Assembly (NCBI GenBank): GCA_001784285.1
Contig: MFQC01000011.1
Coordinates: 3,640-67,639 of the forward strand
Direction of reading: 5' to 3'
DNA: 64,000 bases
DNA from: Candidatus Magasanikbacteria bacterium RIFCSPHIGHO2_02_FULL_48_18
GTDB taxonomy: Bacteria > Patescibacteriota > Patescibacteriia > Magasanikbacterales > UBA922
The notes under the pieces were generated by a model that was given only the letters and a program-made list of their open reading frames with translations, made no database searches and was not told where the DNA came from. The translations under genes were made by a program, and so were the position numbers. This document shows positions 19,791-27,645 of the stretch, piece after piece (the first letter of the stretch is position 1; each line of letters opens with the position of its first letter).

Positions 19791-19881
19791 GATATGTACG
19801 AAACTACGAAAGTTGCGAAAATACGAAAAAAATTTTTGGTAAGGTTTCGTAATTTCGTACTGTTCGTACTTTCGTACATAT
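19791..19881. repeat. TTCGTA-repeat palindromic element, copy A (smpB-ssrA spacer, abutting the tmRNA 5' end)
   Basis: Imperfect palindrome with 4-5 TACGAAA/TTTCGTA units per arm spaced 8-9 nt. About 40 nt nearly identical (about 38/41) to copy B at 34642-34749. Confidence 0.55.
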
Positions 19882-20325
19882 TTATCCTTTCATTATTCGA
19901 CGAACCTCTCTTTTGTGTTCTCTCTTTTTTATCGCCGCGCGTTTGTCAAACTTCTTTTTTCCTTGCGCAACGCCAATTGCCACTTTAATGTTGGGCCCCT
20001 TAGTATACACAGAAAGAGGGACAACTGTCAAACCCCTTTCTTGCCTTTTTCCGCGAAGATAATCAATCTGTTTGTGCCGAAGCAATAAGCGACGGGATCG
20101 CTCCGGGTCATACCCGGGCAATGGACCGGCGTGCTTATATGCACTCACGTGCGCATTGATAAGAAACGCCTCATCCCCATGAAATGTGACGTGGGACCCT
20201 TTGAGTTGCATATGGCCGCCCCGGATCGACTTCACCTCTTGGCCGGTCAATTCCAATCCAGCCTCAAGTGTTTCCAGGATGTCATAGTCAAACCGCGCTC
20301 GTTTGTTTGTGGCATATGTAGGCAT
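19882..20325 (-). CDS. smpB: SsrA-binding protein SmpB
   Basis: NKRARFDYDILETLEAGLELTGQEVKSIRGG, diagnostic SmpB motif. Confidence 0.85.
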   Translation of the reverse strand: MPTYATNKRARFDYDILETLEAGLELTGQEVKSIRGGHMQLKGSHVTFHGDEAFLINAHVSAYKHAGPLPGYDPERSRRLLLRHKQIDYLRGKRQERGLTVVPLSVYTKGPNIKVAIGVAQGKKKFDKRAAIKKREHKREVRRIMKG

Positions 20326-20438
20326 AGTGATCTCGGGCATAGTATAGATGATTCTCATGAAGAAATGAACCCCCGCACCGGACTTCGGACGCCAGACCGG
20401 TTGTGTGGGGAGGGATCGGAAGCCTGATGTACAAAACC

Positions 20439-20467
20439 TTGCAAAAAAGCAAAAACCATGGTATCTT
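20439..20467 (+). promoter_or_regulatory. Sigma70-like promoter TTGCAA-17-TATCTT upstream of infC
   Basis: Hexamer spacing. Confidence 0.4.
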
Positions 20468-20507
20468 CTCTTGGTAGAATAATAGCAGTATATACAAAGG
20501 GTTCCCT

Positions 20508-21056
20508 ATGAGAATTTCAAGAAAAAAACGTCCGGAAAAGCCTCTCATTCCTCGGTATAATATCAATGAACGCATCCGAGTGCTCGAGGTGCGGGTGATT
20601 GACGCGGAAGACAACAACCTCGGAGTCATGAGTACTGAGGACGCTATCAGACTTGCCAAAGGACAAGAGCTTGATTTGGTGGAAATCAATCCGAAAGCGA
20701 ATCCCCCGGTCACGCAAATTTTGGATTTTGGCTCTTTCCGATATCAAAAAGAAAAAGAAGCTCGGAAACAAAAAGTAAAATCGCATGTCAGCGATCTCAA
20801 AGGCATTCGCCTTTCCATTCGTATCAGCGGCCACGACATGGATACCAGAAAAATTCAAGCAGAAAAATTTCTCAATAGAGGAGATAAGGTAAAAGCGGAA
20901 ATTGTTCTTCGAGGAAGAGAAAATGCCAAAGCCAACCTTGGATTTGACGTTATCAATCATTTCATCAAACTTCTCGAAGGAGCTATGCCCGTTCGGGTGG
21001 AACAAGAAACCACCAAACAAGGCAACAAAATTACCGCAATTATCGCAAAAAAATAA
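20508..21056 (+). CDS. infC: Translation initiation factor IF-3
   Basis: ERIRVLEVRVIDAEDNNLGVMSTEDAIRLAKGQELDLVEINPKANPPV... Confidence 0.85.
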   Translation: MRISRKKRPEKPLIPRYNINERIRVLEVRVIDAEDNNLGVMSTEDAIRLAKGQELDLVEINPKANPPVTQILDFGSFRYQKEKEARKQKVKSHVSDLKGIRLSIRISGHDMDTRKIQAEKFLNRGDKVKAEIVLRGRENAKANLGFDVINHFIKLLEGAMPVRVEQETTKQGNKITAIIAKK

Positions 21057-21070
21057 AGGCCATCCCCTCC

Positions 21071-21099
21071 TTGACGAAATGGCAAGAGTGGTGTATACT
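21071..21099 (+). promoter_or_regulatory. Sigma70-like promoter TTGACG-17-TATACT for rpmI-rplT
   Basis: Hexamer spacing. 25 nt upstream of rpmI ATG. Confidence 0.4.
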
Positions 21100-21123
21100 T
21101 TTTGACATTCTATAGAATGCACT

Positions 21124-21330
21124 ATGCCAAAGATAAAAACGCACAAAGCAACGGCGAAACGTTTCCAGATCAAAAAATCCAAAAAAGGGATCACCATTTT
21201 AAAACGAGCCGACGGACAGGACCATTTCAATGCGCGCCAGACAGGAAAGAAAAAAAGAAATAAACGATCGGACAACACGGTTTCTATCGCAAACAAACAA
21301 ACCATCCTCCACGCGATCCCCCACAGATAA
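21124..21330 (+). CDS. rpmI: 50S ribosomal protein L35
   Basis: MPKIKTHKATAKRF... Confidence 0.85.
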   Translation: MPKIKTHKATAKRFQIKKSKKGITILKRADGQDHFNARQTGKKKRNKRSDNTVSIANKQTILHAIPHR

Positions 21331-21378
21331 TACGAGAGACGGCGAGATTCGCATAATCTTCATTTTATTTTTTAATGT

Positions 21379-21723
21379 ATGCCAAGAGTAAAACGAGGTG
21401 TCGGCCACCTGAAAAAAAGAAAAAACCTGATGAAACGAGTAAAGGGGTTCAGCCAAGGAAGAAAACACCTGCTCAAACAGGCAAAAATGGCGGATACCCA
21501 TGCCGGAATGCACGCGTACCGCGACCGACGAGTGAAAAAACGAACCATGCGCGGCTTGTGGCAAATTCGTATTAACGGAGCAGTGAGAGAACTGGGTATG
21601 ACGTACAGCACCTTTATCCACGCGCTCAAAGAAAAAAACATCGGATTAAACAGAAAAGTATTGTCCGAAATTGCAGCCCAAAAGCCGGAGATCTTTGAAA
21701 AAATTGTTTCCTTGGTCAAATAA
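21379..21723 (+). CDS. rplT: 50S ribosomal protein L20
   Basis: MPRVKRGVGHLKKRKNLMKRVKGF... Confidence 0.9.
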   Translation: MPRVKRGVGHLKKRKNLMKRVKGFSQGRKHLLKQAKMADTHAGMHAYRDRRVKKRTMRGLWQIRINGAVRELGMTYSTFIHALKEKNIGLNRKVLSEIAAQKPEIFEKIVSLVK

Positions 21724-21729
21724 AACCTC

Positions 21730-21758
21730 TTGACATACGCATTGCGTCCTGCTATAAT
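21730..21758 (+). promoter_or_regulatory. Perfect consensus sigma70 promoter TTGACA-17-TATAAT
   Basis: Exact hexamers, 17-nt spacer. Begins 7 nt after the rplT stop. Confidence 0.55.
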
Positions 21759-21764
21759 ATAGAC

Positions 21765-21859
21765 CGAAAAAGAAAAGACCTTCAGTGTGTTTGGTGCGAG
21801 CGGGGGTGCCCCCTCCTTCACCCCCAATGCAAGCGCCGAACACACCGAGGGTCTTTTTT
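21765..21859 (+). ncRNA. Candidate small RNA (about 95 nt): long GU-containing hairpin with GGGGG/CCCCC apical helices ending in a U6 tract
   Basis: AGACCTTCAGTGTGTTTGG pairs with CCGAACACACCGAGGGTCT. Followed by TTTTTT. Own promoter. No ORF. Confidence 0.4.
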
Positions 21860-21865
21860 ATTCTC

Positions 21866-21894
21866 TTGACAGGCGGATCCTCCCGATATATACT
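21866..21894 (+). promoter_or_regulatory. Sigma70-like promoter TTGACA-17-TATACT
   Basis: Immediately after the sRNA terminator. Confidence 0.45.
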
Positions 21895-21929
21895 GCTCTC
21901 GACTTTTATCTCCATTGACACTCTTTTCT

Positions 21930-22076
21930 ATGGGAATGCGAAAGAAAAAAAATCAACAAATTGCCAAAGAACGAATTGTGGCGAGGTTTACTCGCGCCAA
22001 AAAAGCGATAAAACGCGCGGCCAAAGCAAAAACTGCAGGACAAAAACTGCATGATGCCATGCACGGCAAAAGTTAA
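21930..22076 (+). CDS. Possible small highly basic protein (48 aa: MGMRKKKNQQIAKERIVARFTRAKKAIKRAAKAKTAGQKLHDAMHGKS)
   Basis: ORF below the track cutoff. No clear SD. Lys/Arg-rich like a ribosome-associated peptide. Confidence 0.25.
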   Translation: MGMRKKKNQQIAKERIVARFTRAKKAIKRAAKAKTAGQKLHDAMHGKS

Positions 22077-22087
22077 TCGTAAAAAAT

Positions 22088-22161
22088 GGACCGGTAGTTC
22101 AACTGGTTAGAGCACTGCCCTGTCACGGCAGAAGTTGCGGGTTCGAGTCCCGTCCGGTCCG
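22088..22161 (+). tRNA. tRNA-Asp (GTC)
   Basis: Cloverleaf: acceptor GGACCGG/CCGGTCC, anticodon loop CTGTCAC, T-loop TTCGAGT. CCA not encoded. Confidence 0.85.
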
Positions 22162-22180
22162 CTGAGTATTCTTTTTCATA

Positions 22181-22248
22181 CACAACTGGTTAGAGTATCC
22201 CGATGTCAATCGGGAAAGTTGCGGGTTCCCTGCCTGCCCGCTTTTTTT
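22181..22248 (+). pseudogene. Degenerate tandem partial copy of tRNA-Asp whose T-arm region now forms a terminator hairpin (GCGGG-loop-CCCGC + T7)
   Basis: CACAACTGGTTAGAGTATCCCGATGTCAATCGGGAAAGTTGCGGGTTCC aligns to tRNA-Asp D-arm through T-stem. No acceptor 5' strand. Abnormal anticodon loop. Ends in TTTTTTT. Confidence 0.45.
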
Positions 22249-22263
22249 CTCAAGGAGGATATG

Positions 22264-22407
22264 ATGTGGTTTCTCCCTTACCTATGGGACGGTTTAGTGA
22301 ATTTCTTTTTGGAAAAATACCAGATCCTCAACCCTCCATATCCAGACGGGATTTTTTACGTGGAAAAAAAGACACACCAGAAAAACCACCAGAGATGCCT
22401 TCCGTGA
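22264..22407 (+). CDS. SD-driven upstream ORF (47 aa) overlapping the start of the downstream Tat-secreted peptidase gene
   Basis: AAGGAGG at 22252-22258 then ATGATG. Stop TGA at 22405-22407 overlaps the ATG at 22395 of the main ORF (other frame). Confidence 0.3.
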   Translation: MWFLPYLWDGLVNFFLEKYQILNPPYPDGIFYVEKKTHQKNHQRCLP

Positions 22408-24380
22408 AAAGAAACGATCAACCAAAGATAGCGGAAGAAACACCAAAAGAAAAATTTTCCACAGCAAAGCGTGGTATTTCTCGAAGAGACTTCGGGAAAG
22501 AACTCAGTGCCGGCCTTCTGACCGCCGCAGTATCTGCGTCCCTTTTGGGCGAAGGCTGTGATCCAACCGAACAAGCGGAAAGAGAAAATGTGCCTGATAC
22601 CACATCGCGGTATGAACCAAAACCAGAACAAAAGATACTGAATCCAGAACAAAAACACTACGAACAAAAAGAAAGAGAATTTTTTGCGTTTTTAAAAAAA
22701 TTAGAAACCTTTGAACACTCCTTTGATACACGGCACAGCCTCTCCGGCCCGAACGATCGAAATGCGATGCAGATAGAACAGTTGCACGATGAAACCATAG
22801 AGACATTCATGAAAGAACCTATTGTCGCACAGGTCATAACGGCTCATGAATTGGTTGCGTACCACGCCGCACAAGGGAGACAAACAAATTTTTTGTATGA
22901 TATTTATGAACGGCTCGCGTCCGTTCGTTGCCACGGCATCGTATGCGATACGCTCACCACCTTGAAAGATAAACAAGGAAATCTTATTCAAGGCCATGCC
23001 AAAATAGCCAACACGCTTATCAATCCTGAAACCGATTATTTTTCTATTTTCGTTGAAGATTATTTTCCAAAAGGAGACGACATACAACCTACGGAAATTG
23101 ATCCAAGAATATATTGGGCGTTCCAAAACAGAAACTTTGTACAAGAATTACGCAACCTCCTTAGTACCATACAAGCAACATTGCCAGATACAGCCCAGAA
23201 AGAAGGTCAAGCATGGCAAAATAACATTCTCCGTCTCTACGAGGAAAATAAACTGGGAGAAATCGTCCAGGTAATCAATGACATACCGGGAGGAAAAATA
23301 GCGCCAGAGCATGCCGACCACATAGAAAGACTGTGTAATAACACAAAGGCACAGGAGGTAACCAATGAGACACTAGAAGAAACACCCATGTGGAACTTGA
23401 AAGACATGCAGGCAGATTTCAAACAACTGGTTTCCGACCCATTCTTCCGAAAAATATGTATTGAGAACAAATTCACACTTGCCGAGACGTATTCTTTGGC
23501 AAAATCCGTTATAAATTACCACGCGGATAACCCCGGGGATCAAAAAAATCATGATATTATTGACCAGCTCCTTGCCGCAAGGGCCATAATACAAGAACAA
23601 GAAATTGTTGGACCGAACACCGAACAGTTTATTTCTTTTGTGTATAGGCCAAGAGACCAATCCGGACTCACCGAACCAAAATCAGATCCAGAAAAAAATC
23701 GACAATTCGCAAAAATGGCCGGAGTTCCGGAAAGTGGCATACACATCGCATCAAATGAAGACAAAGATAACGACGGCGGTGGAAAACAAATGAGAGATAG
23801 GCTGAGTGCTCTCATGGAACACTCCAAAGGAAAAACGTGCTTGTATTTTGACACGCATGGCGCATTGAGCGGCATCCAAATAGATACGCAAGGGAATGAA
23901 ATGACTCCGGATGAAATTATAGAATCGCTCGCCAAGCGTTTTATTCGCTGTGCCAAAGAAGGCAAACCCGAGCGTGGCAATTTACAGGATGTGACAATCG
24001 TGTTTGATACATGCCTTGGGTACGATATTATCCTTGCCATGCGCACGCGACTTGATGAATTGAGAAGAGAAAATCCATTCTTGGCGCACATACCGCCGGA
24101 AGATATTGGCATTCCAACCGTGGTGTCGCTCGCAAATGCCGGATCACTGCTCTATGGGAAAAAAGACGTGTCACCAATTGATTATTTTGTCACCCACGGA
24201 CAGTCTATCAAAGATGGAATGACAGGCAAATTTTTGCTCCAGCAATACCAGCCCGACAATTATATTTTTGGGGACACCGCCGTGTTTGCGCCGCAATACG
24301 GTGCAAAAGACCAAATCATGATTGAAGTCGCTAAACGAAAACAAAAAAAAGATGAGTATTCTCTCCCCCTGGCCGCGTAA
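22395..24380 (+). CDS. Tat-signal secreted protein with C-terminal clan-CD (clostripain/caspase-like) cysteine peptidase domain
   Basis: RRDFGKELSAGLLTAAVSASLLG twin-arginine signal. C-terminal LYFDTHGALSG...(49 aa)...IVFDTCLGYD His-Gly/Cys dyad spacing typical of clan CD. Start uncertain (alternatives 22284 or 22203). Confidence 0.5.
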   Translation: MPSVKRNDQPKIAEETPKEKFSTAKRGISRRDFGKELSAGLLTAAVSASLLGEGCDPTEQAERENVPDTTSRYEPKPEQKILNPEQKHYEQKEREFFAFLKKLETFEHSFDTRHSLSGPNDRNAMQIEQLHDETIETFMKEPIVAQVITAHELVAYHAAQGRQTNFLYDIYERLASVRCHGIVCDTLTTLKDKQGNLIQGHAKIANTLINPETDYFSIFVEDYFPKGDDIQPTEIDPRIYWAFQNRNFVQELRNLLSTIQATLPDTAQKEGQAWQNNILRLYEENKLGEIVQVINDIPGGKIAPEHADHIERLCNNTKAQEVTNETLEETPMWNLKDMQADFKQLVSDPFFRKICIENKFTLAETYSLAKSVINYHADNPGDQKNHDIIDQLLAARAIIQEQEIVGPNTEQFISFVYRPRDQSGLTEPKSDPEKNRQFAKMAGVPESGIHIASNEDKDNDGGGKQMRDRLSALMEHSKGKTCLYFDTHGALSGIQIDTQGNEMTPDEIIESLAKRFIRCAKEGKPERGNLQDVTIVFDTCLGYDIILAMRTRLDELRRENPFLAHIPPEDIGIPTVVSLANAGSLLYGKKDVSPIDYFVTHGQSIKDGMTGKFLLQQYQPDNYIFGDTAVFAPQYGAKDQIMIEVAKRKQKKDEYSLPLAA

Positions 24381-24405
24381 ATGGAAGTCTCTATAAAAAT
24401 CGTCA

Positions 24406-27400
24406 TTATTCCGCGTCCTCGGCATCACACACCTCAAACGCATCAGGAATGTCGCAAGGATTCATATATGCAGTGCATGATATGCCGCCGGGTTCTCGAG
24501 CATATGTCACCATTGGCGCGCAGAACCGTTTTTCACGAACATCCCAGTGGCTCACCGACGAAGCAAACGCATCCGACATCCCGGAAAATTGAAATGATTC
24601 CAGGATAGCTTGCGCCTTTTCTCCGACCGCATCTATTTCCATAACGTCTTCTCCAACAGCAATCTCAAAAACAGTCACTTCTTTTCCATCGCTGGTTTTG
24701 GCAATATATTTTTTTGCCGGCTGAGTGCCCAACACGACATCCTGTTTGCTATTGTCCGATACCGGATGGGACACGAGTTGCCGAAAGAGGCTGAGCGTAT
24801 CGCCATTTTCCGCGTGGGAAAGCGTGATGCCGCCAGCCCATGCGTGCACTCCCCACCAGCTCGGATACTCAAGGGAAAAATTCGCGAAGTCGGACACCGA
24901 CAGCGGAGATACCTGACTGTTCAAGGTTTGTTGCGTCTCTGCCAACACTTTTTCGGTAACGCGCTGTCGAATTTCCGCCGGAGAAACACGAGAAATCTCC
25001 GGCTCTGGCGCCGGAGCGGCAAAAGAATTCAGCGTGCTACACCCTGCACCAATCCCTAAAAATCCCGCCGCAAACAGCCCCAAACCGATCACCATGCTCA
25101 ATACTTTGGGATTGGTTTTCTTGCCGGTTTTGCCAACTGTCTTTTCCACATAGGCAATGCGCTGGCGCGTGGAAACAACCGTGTCCGGATTGAGAGAAAT
25201 GCTGTCAATGCCTTCCCGTACCAAAAATTCGGCGAATTCCGGATGGTCGCTCGGCGCCTGGCCGCAGATGCCTATTTTTTTGCCATGTTTATGCGCAACC
25301 GCGATCACGTCTTTGATCAATTTTTTTACCGCCGGATTATTTTCATCAAAAATATGGCTGACAAGGGCTGAATCTCGATCAACCGCCAATGTCAATTGGG
25401 TCAAGTCATTTGACCCAATGCTAAACCCATCAAAAATTTTCGCAAATTCTTCGGCAAGAATGACATTTGAGGGAATTTCACACATGACATAGACCTCGAG
25501 TCCGTGTTCCCCTCGTTTCAAGCCAAATTCTGCCATGGTTTCGAGCACGCGTTCGCCTTCTTCGGGCGTGCGGCAAAACGGAACCATAACCGTGACATTT
25601 TCAAGGCCCCATTCTTCACGAACTTTTTTGATGGCCTTGCATTCGAGCGCAAACCCTTCTTTGTATTCTTTGGAATAATACCGGCTCGCGCCGCGCCAGC
25701 CAATCATGGGATTTTCTTCCTCGGGTTCAAATTCTCTTCCGCCAATCAATGTCGCGTATTCATTGGTTTTAAAATCGCTCATGCGGACAATCACCTGGTG
25801 GGGATACATGGCGGTGGCAATGCGCGCAACGCCTTCAGCGAGCTTGTCCACGCAATAATCGGTTTTATTTTTGTACCCGCGGGTCATTTCTCGAATTTTT
25901 TTCTTGGCGTGTTTATCTTTTAAACGGTCATAATGCACGAGGGCCAACGGATGAATGCGGATAAAATTGGAAAAAATAAACTCCAGCCGAGCAAGCCCAA
26001 CGCCATCGTGGGGCAAAAAGGAAAGATGAAATGCGTGGTCGGGGTCGCCGACAATCATCATGATTTTTGTTTTGGTTTGTTCAATTTCTTTGATTTCGGT
26101 CCGCTTCACTTCAAACGGCAAAATCCCTTTATAGACGATCCCTTCGTCCCCTTTGGCACAGCTTGCAGTCACTTCCTGGCCGGTTTTCAACATCTTCCTC
26201 GCCCCATGCGCTCCGACAATGCAGGGAACGCCCAATTCTCGGCTCACAATGGCCGCATGACTGGTCTTGCCGCCTTGCTCGGTAACAATCGCGGAAGCGA
26301 TCCGCATAATGGGTTCCCAGTCGGGATCCGTAATTCTTGTCACCAACACTTCGCCTTTTTTAAACAATTTCATCTGGGCGGGGTGCTCAATGACACGAAC
26401 CTTGCCCGCGCCAATTTTTTGGCCAACGGCAATACCGTGCAACAACTCGGCGCCCGTCTGTTTGAGTTCATATTTTTCAATAACGAATTCGTCGGAACGG
26501 GCTTTGACGGTTTCCGGACGAGCCTGAACAATATAGAGATCGCCGGTTTTGCCTTCTTTTACCCATTCTATATCCTGCGGCTTGCCATAGTGGGATTCAA
26601 TAATATCGGCCCACCGGCCAAGTTGCAGGACTTCTTCATCTTCAATACAAAATCGGTTGCGCTCTGCCTGGCTGACGGATGCCTGCCGGGTGCCGCCGCG
26701 CTCGCTATACACCAATTTCACCTGTTTAGTTCCAAGAAAACGGCTCATGATGGCCGGCTTTCCTTTGCGAAGACCTTCTTTGAAGATATAAAATTGATCC
26801 GGCACCACACGGCCTTGGACCACATATTCGCCAAGCCCGTAGCTCCCCGTGACAAGGGTGACACCGCGGAATCCGGACTCGGTATCAAGCGTGAACATCA
26901 CCCCGCTTGCGCCGGTGTCTCCTTTCACCATTTGTTGAACGGTGACTGACAATGCCACGCTCATGTGGTCGAATCCTCTTCCTTCCCGATAGGAAATTGC
27001 CCGATTGGTAAAAAGAGAGGCGATGCATCGTCTGACCGATTGTAAGACCGCAGAATTTCCTTGAATATTGAGATAGGTTTCTTGTTGCCCGGCAAAACTC
27101 GCGTCCGGCAAATCTTCGGCGGTTGCGCTTGATCGAATGGCAACAGAAAGATTTTTTTCTGCGTGTTCATCAGAAAGTTTGGCGTATGCCGAAAGAATTT
27201 CTTTTTCAAGCGCGGCAGGAAAATGAGCTTTCAAAATCATTTCCCGGAGCGTCTTTCCAGCTTTGGCAAGCTCTCGCACATTGGCGACATCAAGGTCTTT
27301 CAATATTTTTTTCATTTCGGCTTCAAGCCCGGCATGGTGAAGAAATTCCCAATAGGCATGGGCGGTAATGGCAAATCCATTCGGGACGCGAATGCCCTTA

Positions 27401-27552
27401 TCGGTGAGCTTGGAAAACATTTCCCCCAAAGAGGCGTTTTTCCCGCCGACCAATGGAACGTCGGCAATAGAAATTTCTTTAAACCACAGGATATTCTTCT
27501 CACGACGCGGCGCAGATGGCTGTGTCTCTCCGGTTCGTTTCTTTTTTGTCAT
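24406..27552 (-). CDS. ppsA: Phosphoenolpyruvate synthase with an unusual 244-aa C-terminal extension (signal-peptide-like TM + Cys-containing extracytoplasmic domain)
   Basis: N-terminus ...VGGKNASLGEM and C-terminus ...ISLNPDTVVSTRQRIAYVEK match PpsA. ORF continues in frame through KKTNPKVLS-MVIGLGLFAAGFLGIGAGC... to 24406 with no stop. Confidence 0.75.
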   Translation of the reverse strand: MTKKKRTGETQPSAPRREKNILWFKEISIADVPLVGGKNASLGEMFSKLTDKGIRVPNGFAITAHAYWEFLHHAGLEAEMKKILKDLDVANVRELAKAGKTLREMILKAHFPAALEKEILSAYAKLSDEHAEKNLSVAIRSSATAEDLPDASFAGQQETYLNIQGNSAVLQSVRRCIASLFTNRAISYREGRGFDHMSVALSVTVQQMVKGDTGASGVMFTLDTESGFRGVTLVTGSYGLGEYVVQGRVVPDQFYIFKEGLRKGKPAIMSRFLGTKQVKLVYSERGGTRQASVSQAERNRFCIEDEEVLQLGRWADIIESHYGKPQDIEWVKEGKTGDLYIVQARPETVKARSDEFVIEKYELKQTGAELLHGIAVGQKIGAGKVRVIEHPAQMKLFKKGEVLVTRITDPDWEPIMRIASAIVTEQGGKTSHAAIVSRELGVPCIVGAHGARKMLKTGQEVTASCAKGDEGIVYKGILPFEVKRTEIKEIEQTKTKIMMIVGDPDHAFHLSFLPHDGVGLARLEFIFSNFIRIHPLALVHYDRLKDKHAKKKIREMTRGYKNKTDYCVDKLAEGVARIATAMYPHQVIVRMSDFKTNEYATLIGGREFEPEEENPMIGWRGASRYYSKEYKEGFALECKAIKKVREEWGLENVTVMVPFCRTPEEGERVLETMAEFGLKRGEHGLEVYVMCEIPSNVILAEEFAKIFDGFSIGSNDLTQLTLAVDRDSALVSHIFDENNPAVKKLIKDVIAVAHKHGKKIGICGQAPSDHPEFAEFLVREGIDSISLNPDTVVSTRQRIAYVEKTVGKTGKKTNPKVLSMVIGLGLFAAGFLGIGAGCSTLNSFAAPAPEPEISRVSPAEIRQRVTEKVLAETQQTLNSQVSPLSVSDFANFSLEYPSWWGVHAWAGGITLSHAENGDTLSLFRQLVSHPVSDNSKQDVVLGTQPAKKYIAKTSDGKEVTVFEIAVGEDVMEIDAVGEKAQAILESFQFSGMSDAFASSVSHWDVREKRFCAPMVTYAREPGGISCTAYMNPCDIPDAFEVCDAEDAE

Positions 27553-27645
27553 AACAGAGCAAAAAAAATACTAAGGATCGTTGATGTGGTGTCTAGTATA
27601 TCAAAGGTTTTCCCTATACCAAAATTCGGCTATCCACAAGAAACA

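Noticed and set aside
20517-21305. 262-aa minus-strand ORF overlapping infC/rpmI
   Set aside because: Antisense to clearly identified IF-3 and L35 genes.
21785-22054. 89-aa ORF spanning the sRNA terminator and second promoter
   Set aside because: Crosses promoter and terminator signals. The 48-aa basic ORF in another frame fits the transcription unit better.
22203-22394. Long N-terminal extension of the peptidase ORF starting at 22203
   Set aside because: Would start inside the tRNA-derived terminator. SD-driven ATG is in a different frame. A functional Tat signal begins after the ATG at 22395.
25933-26949. 338-aa plus-strand ORF inside pps
   Set aside because: Antisense to the PEP synthase gene, which has unambiguous homology.
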